A stretch of DNA of 64,000 nucleotides from Flectonema sp. DT1601. Its lineage: Eukaryota. Both the position numbers and the translations under genes were made by a program. The notes under the pieces were generated by a model. The model worked only from the letters and a program-made list of their open reading frames with translations. It was not told the DNA's origin and made no database searches. Positions 23,101-34,000 of this stretch are shown here, piece after piece. The DNA lies in assembly GCA_964019425.1 (NCBI GenBank), contig OZ025784.1, forward strand, positions 496,001 to 560,000, given 5' to 3'. The number at the start of each line of letters is the position of its first letter. Position 1 is the first letter of the stretch.

Positions 23101-24076
23101 GCTGCTTGTTTAATTTTTTTATTGTAATTTCTTGTTGATCGTTTTCACGTTTTAGATTGTTAACCAATCTGTTTGAATCAATTTTTAAAGATTCTTTTTC
23201 AGAAGTATTAATTTGATGGAGTTGTTTATTTTCAACTTCAAGAGTTGATATTCTCTCTTGAAGCGACTCAACGGTGATTTGAACTGAATGGAGTTCTTCG
23301 GACTTCGATTGAATTAAAATTTGATCGACTTGCGTGTCCTTCAAGGCGAGTTCAGCAGCGGATAGCTGTCTTTTTAAATCATCAGTTCGTCGTTGGGATC
23401 TCTCAAGTTTATTTTGAATGCGTTGGTTTTCTTGAGTTAGCAGTAGTATTTTCGATTCTGTTTTTTTAAGTTTCGAAGCAACTTCCTCAGCAACTCCTCC
23501 TTTCTTGTCAGCTTCCAAAAAGGCTTCTCTGATCGTTCCAATGAGAACGTCTGTCGGTGGACCGGATTCTTTTTTTGGAAAACCACTCGCTTCAGACGAT
23601 AATTGTTTGTGATAAACGTTTAATTGTCGTTCTAATCTGCGAGTTTTATTTTGGTATTCTGATGTGGTGTATTCCAATTTACTTTTCAAACGACTAATTT
23701 CAGTTTTTAAAGAAATACTTTCCCTCCTATACGCCTCTTCCGCCGCATATGTCGTCGTTGAAATTGGATTGTTTTGCAAACTATTTGAATACAACTTCTC
23801 TTTTAGACGAATTGCTTCTTCTTCTGATGTCATTCTTCGTAATTTTTCATCTTCATAAAGTGATTTCATGTGACACAGTTCATTTTCAAGTCTATCAACC
23901 TCATTCCATTGGTAGTCTAGTAAAGGGCTTGTTGCTCTTTTTCTCGATGGGCTTCGATCGTCTCGTTTTCTAGGAGAAAATCTAGCTGATGGCGATGCAG
24001 GTGATCTCATCAGTATTGTGTCGACGTCGATTCCTTTCCTATTTCGAGTCGGGGATTCGGTTTTCCAACGTTCCAT
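20180..24076 (-). CDS. Long coiled-coil protein (1298 aa)
   Basis: Uninterrupted ORF with E/K/Q/L-rich heptad character. Confidence 0.85.
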   Translation of the reverse strand: MERWKTESPTRNRKGIDVDTILMRSPASPSARFSPRKRDDRSPSRKRATSPLLDYQWNEVDRLENELCHMKSLYEDEKLRRMTSEEEAIRLKEKLYSNSLQNNPISTTTYAAEEAYRRESISLKTEISRLKSKLEYTTSEYQNKTRRLERQLNVYHKQLSSEASGFPKKESGPPTDVLIGTIREAFLEADKKGGVAEEVASKLKKTESKILLLTQENQRIQNKLERSQRRTDDLKRQLSAAELALKDTQVDQILIQSKSEELHSVQITVESLQERISTLEVENKQLHQINTSEKESLKIDSNRLVNNLKRENDQQEITIKKLNKQLTSAADATSALQKTNSQLLAQHETCQADNSRLMVENNTINQKIRINNDTAGEVDALKQNIRRTENDIIEKDRKILQLQDTVSDQTNTVNQLQQQLKETVDDRYGERSRLLEQISSSETALKYKTETLTRDREVLTSKVDDLQQIITTLRPRVEILTTEKTTAMELKIEEERKVSELKQTIHRIESSSLEKEREVYQLRGKLSNFESKQTSIVTDAEYASREATLRVLEKDVDAKNNELLRLRESHAEAIKSSERYRIDYEKESSKYHREIELIKLSKSQELELTSSKLHHEIETLKSTLDLTERRREMLETEIGTLKTDNIRLSEQHKSITEHYQQSKEQARRNQQQLVTSENQHANDRTTQEQNNRITQDLREELSVLKHKLQHKETEATELLKGLQQQTEATTTANNKRNEVEADLREVELQHKKESTKHDILDSQRHSELEEVKKRNKLLQEQLFTAQAGIEQMQSDYQNLKDTMDDIMQERRNEHTTVIQPLEKKVEKLKSELSLATERCKILEKQLDAQQTRGNDLNAEMTNTRIASAEYKVGREESMRRLTEATDQLKSSSQQNQKLEIEVHDLIVEKQSLTEKLQSISSTAYDEQLTLNAAVQEANRERLTFRTRYDNLDSENKRLATDRESLDGNLKLSEERVSTLTLQMKTLQRQLSETERELLSLKSKNQNLTDDLRVLRDTKNRLSSLEINHAALTEKHMSSSTELSTLVESNHRLTTEKDILKQQLRDKSDEATDLKNSLEMMRRTGEQYTKEAVSIIQERASSLEAAKESVEMEEVIFRLKQQIADDEVLIKNLRAESEKLKILLEDKGADLEIQKTKVSEVTSQYKHSQQTSSETADELQSKTNLLAEKLQTVTALHHASVNLQLTTLTKLSEYVQEARQNQQDSQTVISPSARSLDDTVTKIQAAGKLWSSDPLLWDPPTAETLFMSILNIVMRSLSSVRHSSVKSHHSQSPSQTDNR

Positions 24077-24357
24077 ATTTTTTTTTTTATAACTTTTTTT
24101 TTTTTTTTTTTTTTTTTCCCTTTTTGTTGCCTTCCCTGTTTAGAAGTGAGATATAAAAAAAAATAACATTTTTTTTTTTTTATTTTTAATCATTCAGTAA
24201 ACATATTAAAAAAAACACAAAAGTTTTTTCAGCTTGATTGTATAACCAGCTGATTAACTGGCTTCTGGAATCACTGGCAGGCAAAACAGAAGAAGAGTTC
24301 TTTTTATTTCCTTTTATTTTTTTCTTTGTGTAAAAAGAGCAATAGCAATTTGTTAAT

Positions 24358-27300
24358 CTAACATTCGTCAGCCTCAAAGAGTGAATTTAGTCTACAACGT
24401 GCCATTTTGTTACAAGACTGGATTAATGTTGCTGAATAATTCTCAAGTTCAGATCGTTCTCGTTGATTGTATTGGTGAAAACGATTGCGCTTGAGATTCT
24501 TAAGAATACATCGAGAGAAAACACATCTGATAAACCGTTGGATACAACAACTACATTGCTTCCTTACAATTTGGTGATGTGATCGCCGTCCTTGTCTTCC
24601 TCTCCAATTCTTTTGAAAAATAATCGCCGCTGCAATTTTTTGTGAATGCAGTTTAACAGCATTAAGACGAGACTGTTCTTCTTCTTGTGCTTGACGTTCT
24701 TGTTTGATGAGAATTTCTTTAATTTCATCGATTTGCGCAAACACCGGTATCAGTAGCTCTTCCCAACTGCAAAGTTGTTCCTCAATTATCTTTTCACGAT
24801 CGTTTTCTTCGTTCTGTATTCTTTTTATTTGTTTCTTACAAGCGATAACATACTCAGTCAGGTATTCCATTTCTGACGTTAGGACCTCTTCACGATTCTG
24901 TTCTTCATTGAGTATCGTGTTTTCCATTGTAACAGTTATGAATAATTGTGTTTCAGCATACTGTCTCTCTGCTGACAATCTAACTAATTTGCTTTCTTTT
25001 CGATAACAAAGTTCGAGTTGTCCTAATGTTGTTGTTTCTTTCTTTGAAATACTAAAACGAATGTCAGATTCTAAATCTTCATGTGTTCTCATGATTGACA
25101 ATCTCCAAGCATTAGAAATATAAAAACGAAAATAACTATCGAATTCTAACTCAACACTTGTTCTCTGAGTTAAATAATGACACAGAGACGTGAACAGAAT
25201 GAATTCATCGGACTCATCCGAAAGAAGCAATAGTTGTGATGCAACACAAGAAGTGTCCCAAATAGATGACGATAATGAGACTGCTCTTCTGAATAGGATT
25301 ACTTTTTGTTGAGAAACATTTTTAAAATAATCATCACACTCTTTTTGATCTGAAATCTTCTTATCGTTGAAAACATCACCAAAACGACGATCAGTTTCAC
25401 TCAAATAGGCTTGAAAAAGTTTTTCAAAAACTGAAATCTGAGATAATTCAATTTCCATTTTTTTCAAATTCACGTAACTCCCAAATACCTGATGATCGTG
25501 TTTATATCCCAAAACACGTCTTGTAATGTCTTCTTCCGCTTCAATTTTCAGAAGCCTTGCTCTGAATTGCCTCGGGATTGTGATTGCCATTGCAATGAAC
25601 CTTCTAGAGATTGATTGAACTAAGATTACTTTTCTGATGTAGTCTGCGTGTTTATTTATAAAATTAGTTCGTAATCTCCTCCTTGAATTCTTCTCACCAA
25701 TCTCTAAGTCGTTTTTCTCTTTCATGTATGTATCCAACAGGGCTGATTGCTGCTGTGAATGTGCCAAATTCCTAACTCCGAATTTACGTTTTTCCCTATT
25801 GCAATCCTTCGTTATACTAATCCAGACTGATACTGCTTGTCTGACTAATGAATTCCTGTTTAAGGTTTCAAAAATTGGATATTCTGCTGTCAACGCAGTG
25901 ACAAATCGATATATCACAGCTCTACGTGCGAGAACTTCGTAGTGTCCACATGTCATGAAAGGCTTGGTGTTGTAAATATGTTCTGCTGTCAGGCTGATCT
26001 CTGTTCGTTGTTTTTGTTCATCAATCATAGAAGATAGAATACACTTTTTGTATCGTCTTTTCAAGAACAGAGTATGTCTACTAGTATAGACTCTCCACAG
26101 TCGTTGCATCACCATTACTGATGTGTGTCTTATTAAAGATCCTAATTTCTTGAATGCGAGTTCAACCAGATCGTGTCGATCAGCTACTTCTGAAGTCTTA
26201 ATATCACCTCGTTGTTTTATTTCATTTTTAATAAAAGTTTTAAACATTGGTTTTAACCGTTCTACTAACAACCCATGCAAGAATAACCCTTTTGTATATC
26301 TCTCTTGAGTGATGTCATTCTGAAGACAGATTCTAGCCATGGATTCTGAGACTATGATTGGAGATGTGTTGATAGTACTGTTTCTGATCTTATCCCGTGA
26401 AATTTGAAGCTTTAATTGTAAGTCTGTATCAGAAAGAGAAGAGTCGGCTTGTGATTGCTTAACTACTAAGTGACTTCGGTGTTTTTTAACAAACTGTCGG
26501 AGTATTCTCATTGAGAATGAATGCCCTTCACGATCACATTGTAGTCGAATCCACCATCTCTGAATGGATTCAGCAGAGGAAATACTTCTCAAATCAGTTG
26601 GGATATCTGGAATTGAATCGATCATTATTCGACAAGTGTTCTCTTCAACTTCTATATAAGATCGTTTAAGGACTTGTTGAGTGATGATCTTCTTTCTTGA
26701 TTCATGGTTTTCAATTCTACTGAGTTGACACAACCCATCCAAACACAGTTTTGCTATTCCATTTCTACCATGCTGTTCGTCATCACTAACCCAAGTTTTC
26801 AAAGCTGCACGTTCTTCAGCATACCTCATTAGGATATTTTCATAATTTCGAGAACACTTTTCTGACAAACCGTGAAGAGACAGCAGCATTGATTTATTTT
26901 CACTAACACGGTTGTTTGATTCCAATTTCAATAGATTCGCTTGTTCAATAGAAAATTGATCCCTGAGCGTCTCTTCTCTCACCAAGTGAGTTATGTAGTA
27001 TTGCGTCGCGATGAATTTCTTTGAAAAAGAAATTTTTGAAAGAACAATCCTAAAAGCTTTCGTAAGGGTGATGGATGCTTTGTTTATTAATATAAGATAG
27101 TGATCATCGTTGTATGTTTTATAAATCGAATTGAGAGAATCTTCAAACTGAGATAATATATTGTTTCTTGAGATTAATTCGTCCATCAAACACAGAGAAT
27201 GGTATTCACAGACGCGTTCAAATGACATTTCTTCATCTGATATAATTAGTCCCCGGGTACCTTCCCAGCCCGTATCGATTATTTGTCTATCTCTGTAGAG

Positions 27301-28737
27301 TAACTCGTGGTGAAAGAAGATCGTATTTCGCATTAGTTCTGATCGGGTCCATGATTCAATTTCTATTTCTGATTGTCTACTTGACGATTCCGATGTTATT
27401 ATTATTTTTATTTTAATTTGAATTTCAGAACTTGACAACCACTCTTGAAAAAGTATTTCTCTTCGAGCTATTTCTCTTTCACGTTGAGCTTCTTTCCTTT
27501 GAGATCTTGTTTTTCGATTTCGTTTTGCGATTTTTATTTCTTCAGGTAATTCATCAAGACCTCGTCTAACTTGTTTCTTTGACCATGATCTTCCCTGTTC
27601 TCCAAGTTGAGTTTCCCTCCACCATCTCTGAATTGAGATTGCAGAAGGTATTGTTTTGCTTTTCCTGAACAAGTACCATTTATCTAAAACAAATCGACGT
27701 TTTCGATCGATTGAAGATTGCATGAAGAGGATTAGTAGCGTGTGACGAATGTGACAGAAAGATAATTCCAACAAAGAACAGTAAACAGAACAGTACTGAG
27801 AAATGATCAGCGACCGTTGTCGCGTCTCATAAGACTGCATCGATAGTTGTGTTCTTCTAACGAACACTAGTTGATTCTCAAACCAAGAATCGACATTCAA
27901 ACGTTCTGAATGCAAAATAGCACTTCTTTGATAACTCTCACATTGCATCACCGACAACTGATGACGATCAAGTAATTGTATTATCCTGTAGCTGGTTCTG
28001 TTTATAGACTCCGCTCTTCGTAAAGTTCCATGTTGTTTTATCAATTGTTGTGTTAAAAACTTTTTTCTCACGCTCATTGAAACAAACCATCGCTGAATTT
28101 TAATACTGCTGATATATTTAACACCGTGTTTGCAACCAAAAGTAAAAATTGATCTGTTGTCTATTTCACTCTGAATGATATTATGTCTTCGACACGATTC
28201 ATTGAATATGTTAATTACTTTAAATATTGAGAATTGGTGATAAAGAGCGTTGTTGGAATATTCTTGTCGCAGTGAAGACTCAAAAGTTGTTATCGCAATT
28301 TCACTCCTCCAAGTGGTGCTGTAGAATTCATAGTTCATTATTCTTTTTAAGTATTGGTTTGACCATGTTTCATCATCGTTGATTTCTATTCGAGCAGTGG
28401 TTTCCAATTTAGCTACAGAAGTTATGTTCGATTGATGATTTCTCGCAGCTGTGAGCTTCCCTTCATTCTGTAGAGCTGCTATTTTCATTCGTTTTATCTC
28501 AAGTTCAACTCTCAGTTTGTTTCTACACTTAACATTTGGTTTAAATCTTTCTCTCAAACATGTCAACGTTGCTGCCCTTCCAACATCACCTTTTTGCACT
28601 GCCTTGAACCATTCTCCTATTACATCTGCAGTTTGTCTTTCATCGTATCCCTTTTTATATTTTAATGTTCTTGTAAACCCCTTGTTGTGTCGATTAGGTG
28701 GTGGTGATGGACGGATCAGCTGTGGTTCAGATACCAT
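24358..28737 (-). CDS. Large IQ-motif (calmodulin-binding-like) helical protein (1459 aa)
   Basis: Multiple IQxxW/FR motifs (IQRWF, IQRWWR, MQRLWR, FQKNWRGRQGRR, IQRFIR) between E..E...R helical repeats. Confidence 0.8.
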   Translation of the reverse strand: MVSEPQLIRPSPPPNRHNKGFTRTLKYKKGYDERQTADVIGEWFKAVQKGDVGRAATLTCLRERFKPNVKCRNKLRVELEIKRMKIAALQNEGKLTAARNHQSNITSVAKLETTARIEINDDETWSNQYLKRIMNYEFYSTTWRSEIAITTFESSLRQEYSNNALYHQFSIFKVINIFNESCRRHNIIQSEIDNRSIFTFGCKHGVKYISSIKIQRWFVSMSVRKKFLTQQLIKQHGTLRRAESINRTSYRIIQLLDRHQLSVMQCESYQRSAILHSERLNVDSWFENQLVFVRRTQLSMQSYETRQRSLIISQYCSVYCSLLELSFCHIRHTLLILFMQSSIDRKRRFVLDKWYLFRKSKTIPSAISIQRWWRETQLGEQGRSWSKKQVRRGLDELPEEIKIAKRNRKTRSQRKEAQREREIARREILFQEWLSSSEIQIKIKIIITSESSSRQSEIEIESWTRSELMRNTIFFHHELLYRDRQIIDTGWEGTRGLIISDEEMSFERVCEYHSLCLMDELISRNNILSQFEDSLNSIYKTYNDDHYLILINKASITLTKAFRIVLSKISFSKKFIATQYYITHLVREETLRDQFSIEQANLLKLESNNRVSENKSMLLSLHGLSEKCSRNYENILMRYAEERAALKTWVSDDEQHGRNGIAKLCLDGLCQLSRIENHESRKKIITQQVLKRSYIEVEENTCRIMIDSIPDIPTDLRSISSAESIQRWWIRLQCDREGHSFSMRILRQFVKKHRSHLVVKQSQADSSLSDTDLQLKLQISRDKIRNSTINTSPIIVSESMARICLQNDITQERYTKGLFLHGLLVERLKPMFKTFIKNEIKQRGDIKTSEVADRHDLVELAFKKLGSLIRHTSVMVMQRLWRVYTSRHTLFLKRRYKKCILSSMIDEQKQRTEISLTAEHIYNTKPFMTCGHYEVLARRAVIYRFVTALTAEYPIFETLNRNSLVRQAVSVWISITKDCNREKRKFGVRNLAHSQQQSALLDTYMKEKNDLEIGEKNSRRRLRTNFINKHADYIRKVILVQSISRRFIAMAITIPRQFRARLLKIEAEEDITRRVLGYKHDHQVFGSYVNLKKMEIELSQISVFEKLFQAYLSETDRRFGDVFNDKKISDQKECDDYFKNVSQQKVILFRRAVSLSSSIWDTSCVASQLLLLSDESDEFILFTSLCHYLTQRTSVELEFDSYFRFYISNAWRLSIMRTHEDLESDIRFSISKKETTTLGQLELCYRKESKLVRLSAERQYAETQLFITVTMENTILNEEQNREEVLTSEMEYLTEYVIACKKQIKRIQNEENDREKIIEEQLCSWEELLIPVFAQIDEIKEILIKQERQAQEEEQSRLNAVKLHSQKIAAAIIFQKNWRGRQGRRSHHQIVRKQCSCCIQRFIRCVFSRCILKNLKRNRFHQYNQRERSELENYSATLIQSCNKMARCRLNSLFEADEC

Positions 28738-29024
28738 TTTGTGATCATCAAGGTCCTGGAGAAGGCAGATTAGAGTTTTGGGATGTCATTGAAAAAAAGG
28801 TTTTTATGGAACAAAAAGAAAGGGAACTTGAGTAGCAGCTCAGTTCGTGTTAATATTGAAAAGAAACAACAACAAAAAAAAAAAAAAAAAAAGAGTTTAT
28901 CAAAAAACCAAACAGATAAATTAAACCAAGCACAAATGATCAGACAATAGTCATTACTTTTCAGAAAGAAAGCAGTTTTATAATTTTAGCTGAAGCGATT
29001 GTTGGACTCACTGAACGTCACATG

Positions 29025-29585
29025 TCACGCCCAGGTCCTGAATAAGAATCGGAGTTCGTTACTTGCTTCTCTGTGTCTTTGCAACCAAACCTCTGCTGAA
29101 GTAACTTTTTTTTTAGAGTGATTAGGTGTGGGTCGAATTGCCTTCCCACGAGGAACTGGAGGTTTCATACGAGATTTCGATGATTTCTCAATCGCGAATT
29201 TATCTGGTGATGGTTTCGGTTTTAGACGCCTCGCAGCTGCTCGCAGTGATTGCTCATTTGTTGCGAGATTTTGTTTAGTTAATCTCGGGAACTCTGGTGT
29301 TGGAATCCCGTCAGCTGCCACAGTAATATCACCTCCGTTTAATTCAGCAATGACCCTATCAGTCGCTTCCCTTCGAAGCCTTTCGTTTCTTAGCTCTGCC
29401 TTCGCTTCAGACAATCTACGAAGCACCTGACTATTTGCTGAGGATCCCCCCGGGTATTGTAGAGATGATGGTATACCACCACTCCTGCTCACTGAGCATC
29501 CCGATTCCATAATATTGTTGGCAGTAGCCTGGATGAATTCATAAAAGTTTGCAACAGCACCACAGTCGTCGCTTTGAAGGAACAA
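29025..29585 (-). CDS. Hypothetical protein (start uncertain)
   Basis: 186-codon ORF with coding-like composition; first ATG is internal (MESG). Confidence 0.55.
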   Translation of the reverse strand: MFLQSDDCGAVANFYEFIQATANNIMESGCSVSRSGGIPSSLQYPGGSSANSQVLRRLSEAKAELRNERLRREATDRVIAELNGGDITVAADGIPTPEFPRLTKQNLATNEQSLRAAARRLKPKPSPDKFAIEKSSKSRMKPPVPRGKAIRPTPNHSKKKVTSAEVWLQRHREASNELRFLFRTWA

Positions 29586-29953
29586 TTATCTCACAAATAG
29601 GTCTCCTAAAGACTCCGGCCAACTTTGAACACCTGTATGAAACAATCTTTTTAAAAAAAATTAAAAAAACCGAAAGAACTCAAAAGAAATTAGCAGTCTG
29701 AGACCTGTCGCTAACGAAACGTAATATTATCGTATTAGATGAAATAATTTTATGACTTTTTTTTTTTTTCCTTATAAAATAAAACACTTTGAGACAAGGT
29801 CATGTACTACGTGCCCGAAATCACCAGTTAAGCTGGAGCTCTCATGCTGGGCAGCTATCGGATATCTACAGCAGATCAGATGTACTGCTGTGTATTCGAC
29901 TGTTAGATCGTCGATATGATTGCTCAAGACAAGACTATGATTCTTGCTTGAGA

Positions 29954-30909
29954 TTATGCATCTTCCCCTGTAGGGTCTTCGCTTGCTTCCGGTTGAGAGT
30001 TGTCGTCTTCAACATTGAATTCAGTTTCATGTTCTTCTTCTAAGTCGCCATAGTCTCGAGATATTTCATCGTCTAGGAATGCCCATTTGTCTTTCCCAAT
30101 TCGTTTTGCTAATTTGTCGTCGTAGTCAGCGTCAGTCGCCGTTATATCATCAGCCAGTTGTTGTGCCCGAGCTCGTTCTTCTTCATTCACCTCATTGTCA
30201 CGACTGAAATCAAAAATTGGTTTCCAACCTGAAATATTATTTTCCATTTTTGGAGGATTTCTCTCAGCTAATCCTTTTTTTAATCGTTCTCTGGCTTCGA
30301 GATCTGGTTCTAAGATACTTTGAACTGTTTTTGGTTTTTTTTTGTTTTATGTTTTTTTGTTTGACATTCTTATTGAGTAAATGAGAGAAGGCTATACCTA
30401 AATGGGCTTTAAATTTTCCTCGACGTGGAGCTGTTTTTATCATGACCACATCACCTACCACACACGCATTGTCTTCATCGTGAGACCAGCATCTTTGAGT
30501 TCTCGCTACTACCCTTGCGAAACTGTTATACCGAACAAAATATTTACAGGCAACGATCGCTGTTCCTTTTAACGTTTCAACCACCACTCCAATTTTCTCA
30601 CTATGCTGCCCAGGTCTGTTGAATAGCATATAATTATGATCTAATTTTTCTTCTCCATCATCCCACCATCGGGGATAGAGAAGTGGCATTCCTGGTTCAA
30701 TATATGGTCTCACCATCATAACACTTTCCCAAGGCCGCATCATACGATCGCTGACGTACCCTTCTCCAGGACGAGACCTTTTTGTTTGTTTTGTTGTTTA
30801 TTTTAATGGAGCAGCAAATCAGCGAAAACATTATAAATACATACTTTCTATTAGGACCCATCGGATACGCTAACTTAACGCTGGTTACCTTTAGTAAGGA
30901 ACGAGCCAT
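29954..30909 (-). CDS. Ribosomal protein uS17, probably mitochondrial; 3 exons (30909-30845, 30777-30398, 30324-29954)
   Basis: KIGVVVETLKGTAIV..RTQRCWSHDEDNACVVGDVVMI..P matches bacterial-type S17. Introns 30844-30778 and 30397-30325 join three ORF pieces in frame. Confidence 0.85.
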
Positions 30910-31527
30910 TTTCTTTTTACGTGCCTGATGGAAGGGATGAAAAAAAAAAAAAAAAAAAAAAAAAAAACAATACTTAAAAAAAAAAGAAGTCAACAATTCA
31001 CCACAACTGACAAATTTGCTAATCGAGGAATATAATTCTCACATTTACATCTTGACTATTTGGGGTTAGATTTTACGTGAATTGCGCGCTGCTACATCTA
31101 TTTACCACCGTCCGCTAGTCGGATACTTGATACTTCATAAAATATTAAGGCAACTTAAAACCGGCTAAAAACCGAAAAATCGCCATGTAAAAAAAAGGCA
31201 TTGGGGGGTTAATGAGATTTTTTTTTTTTTTTAAAAATAGTTAAAAAAAAAAAAAAAAAAACTATTTTCAGAAAATCACATAAACACGAAATGACATCTT
31301 TCTAAAAAAAGATGTACGTGAATTATAGTGAAGGATAATAATAGAAATCAATATTTTTAATCCCAGGCGACTATGATGTCTTAAGGCCGGTTTTTGAATA
31401 CCGTACCTCGGCCGACTGATATGGTGAGGTTACTTCTAACATATCAAAGTAACTGTTTACAAGATTCACAAGATCACAATTGTTAATATTAGTCAATAAT
31501 GTGTAACACAAATAACAGAATGATATC

Positions 31528-32361
31528 TCATTTCGATAATTTCTCATTCAGCAGAGGAATCAATACCGTATCATGGATGTATGTAAAGGCATCAGGTGAG
31601 TGTCCGTCAACTATCAGGTCAAAGGTTTCTTTCATTCCTTCAAATCGGATCTCATCGTTCATAATTCCAACTTTCAGCTGGGATAGGTTTGAGTAAATTG
31701 GATGTTTTTCCGCAACCAAGGCGTCATTTGGTTTATCACCGATAACAAGACAAGCTGGTTTCGTGGATAAAAGTTCCCTCACATGATCTGATGCATGCTG
31801 AAGTGACAATTGCTTAGTACTACTGGTAATAGGATGATCAACTGGATGAACTGAACTACATTCAAGAACTGTGTTTGATACAATATGTGGGATGGGAAGA
31901 TGACTATGATTTTCCTTTTCAAAAGTTGAATGTACGACATTAGATATTCCAGCGCTTACAACCACCAAAGGAGTTTCTGTTTTATGACACGTCTCATGAA
32001 AGTTACTAAAACCTGGTCGTAATAACTGATGAGGATGAGCAGTAATCGCAGACTTTATATTTTCATGTGTGACTGAGTGTTTCTTTATCATTTTGTTGTA
32101 TGTTTTCCACCATTCAACTCCTATTAAGTGATCTGGTCTTTCAGTGTGTGGTAAGAATGAAGATGAATCTAAAATTTGTGCTTCTTCACACCACTCTTTA
32201 CTCATCACTTCTGATCTCGCTAATAAATTATGGCATTCAACAGACTTTCCTCTGGTTACCGTCCTGTCGAAATCAGCCACAATCGCCAAGTCTTTCCCCA
32301 ACATCTCACTTAGGATATGTGAGAATTGCTCAGATCTCCAAATCTCAGGGTTTGGAGGCAT
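31528..32361 (-). CDS. HAD-family pyrimidine 5'-nucleotidase (UMPH-1/NT5C3-like)
   Basis: IVADFDRTVT (motif I), VEWW, LRPGF, VVVSAGI (motif II), IVSN, VIGD (motif IV). Confidence 0.85.
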   Translation of the reverse strand: MPPNPEIWRSEQFSHILSEMLGKDLAIVADFDRTVTRGKSVECHNLLARSEVMSKEWCEEAQILDSSSFLPHTERPDHLIGVEWWKTYNKMIKKHSVTHENIKSAITAHPHQLLRPGFSNFHETCHKTETPLVVVSAGISNVVHSTFEKENHSHLPIPHIVSNTVLECSSVHPVDHPITSSTKQLSLQHASDHVRELLSTKPACLVIGDKPNDALVAEKHPIYSNLSQLKVGIMNDEIRFEGMKETFDLIVDGHSPDAFTYIHDTVLIPLLNEKLSK

Positions 32362-32541
32362 TGTTTATTAGTTATAAGTATAATAACACTATTTTTTAAA
32401 AAAAAAAGGAATATTAAAAAAAAAAATTGCGAAAAAAAGTTTCCCAACGGGTGAGTTGTATAAAAAGGATAAATGGATAAAAACAGAACTAAAAAAATAA
32501 GTATTGTAGAAACGAAACTTTTTTTTTTTTTTTTTTTCAAA

Positions 32542-33795
32542 TTAAATCCCCTTACCTCGCAGTCGCAGACCATTCTTGCCTAACTCGGCTGATTGTCTGG
32601 ACACGAGACGTCCAGGGGTCGGTCGGCCTCGGACGACACCTCGTCTTCCTGCACTGGATGTGGACGATGACCGCTGACGGGGGATCTGAACAGTAGTCGC
32701 TTCGGAAGCAACAGTCCGAAGAGATAGAGAAGAGTCTACTTCCCATTTAGAAATTTTATTCATAACTTCACTGTTGCCATTATCACCAACATCATCATCA
32801 TCATTACCGTCAACCATTCCTAAAGGTGTACTTCGTGGAATTAGTGTTGTAGCTGGACGGCCTCTAAACTGTTGTTCAGCCTTTACAGCAGCTGAGACTA
32901 CATATAAAACAAGTCTATCATCAACAGGAGAAGAACGATCCTGTTGGGCGATTATTATATCTTCGAAATGAGTCCAACATTCCTGCCATTCAGCTGTTGA
33001 TTTTATGTCGACTTTATCACTCGAGCAATCAGTGTATCGAATACGAATTGGGGAATCCAATGCTATTTCTAAGAATGAAGATATTTCTTTCTCAATATTA
33101 TTGAAATCGTCGTTTGGTGATGCTACCGTTACCCGGATACTATCACCGTAGTGAATTTTAACTTTTCTCTGAGTATTTTTTATTAAATTCTTTAAAACAA
33201 TATCGTAAAACGGATGAGTTGTTGGGACATTTCCTTCCAACTGCACCCTTGAAAGAAAACAATTTTTCGATCGGGATAAAAAAATCTCATATAATTCAGT
33301 ACTGAGGCTTGCGACAAACCGAGTGAGAATTGCTGCATCCTCTGCGAACCAATAAATATGGTTGACGGGATGGTAAGAAAACTTTACAGGAACCTTAAAA
33401 TTAAATTCAGTACAAAATAAATCATTGCCTAATGACAACGCAAATTCCCAATGTGAAACCTCTTTAAGAATAGTTGCAGTAGATGTTGTTGAGGCTAATT
33501 GTTTTATTCGGTTTAGCTTTTCACAACTGCTGCCTTCACTGTCGGTTAATGCCCGAACTGCTTCTTCTATCATTCTTATTGATTGAACAATATTTTCAGC
33601 TTCCTTCTTAATTTCTTTTCCCTGCGGCTTTAAATATTTTTCTCCTCCAATTTTCTTTATGCACTGGTCCAAAGCTTTTCTCTTTATATTTATCTTTTCA
33701 ATCATATCCCTTCGGTTCGTAACTTCCACAGAGAGTAGCTTTTTCAGCTCAGAGAGAACCGTATCTTGCATCGACATAGAACCTCCTCGTTTCAT
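32542..33795 (-). CDS. Hypothetical protein with N-terminal coiled coil and a PB1-like domain
   Basis: KVKIHYGDSIR..IRIRYTDCSSDKVDIKSTAEW resembles PB1 (conserved Lys plus acidic OPCA-like motif). Start taken at ATG 33795. Confidence 0.6.
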   Translation of the reverse strand: MKRGGSMSMQDTVLSELKKLLSVEVTNRRDMIEKINIKRKALDQCIKKIGGEKYLKPQGKEIKKEAENIVQSIRMIEEAVRALTDSEGSSCEKLNRIKQLASTTSTATILKEVSHWEFALSLGNDLFCTEFNFKVPVKFSYHPVNHIYWFAEDAAILTRFVASLSTELYEIFLSRSKNCFLSRVQLEGNVPTTHPFYDIVLKNLIKNTQRKVKIHYGDSIRVTVASPNDDFNNIEKEISSFLEIALDSPIRIRYTDCSSDKVDIKSTAEWQECWTHFEDIIIAQQDRSSPVDDRLVLYVVSAAVKAEQQFRGRPATTLIPRSTPLGMVDGNDDDDVGDNGNSEVMNKISKWEVDSSLSLRTVASEATTVQIPRQRSSSTSSAGRRGVVRGRPTPGRLVSRQSAELGKNGLRLRGKGI

Positions 33796-34000
33796 GTTTA
33801 GTGGAGGGGAGTACTGGATGAGTATAATTATTAGTTTGATTAGATTTCCTTTTAAATATCGAAGGCTAAAAAGAAAAAAAATACAACAAAGTGTTCTATG
33901 AGACAAAAGGTTTTAAAGGGGGTGTACAAAAAAGAGAGAGATAAAAATACAATTATACAAAAGGATACAGCTAAACAGAGCTAAACAGATCGTGACTGAC

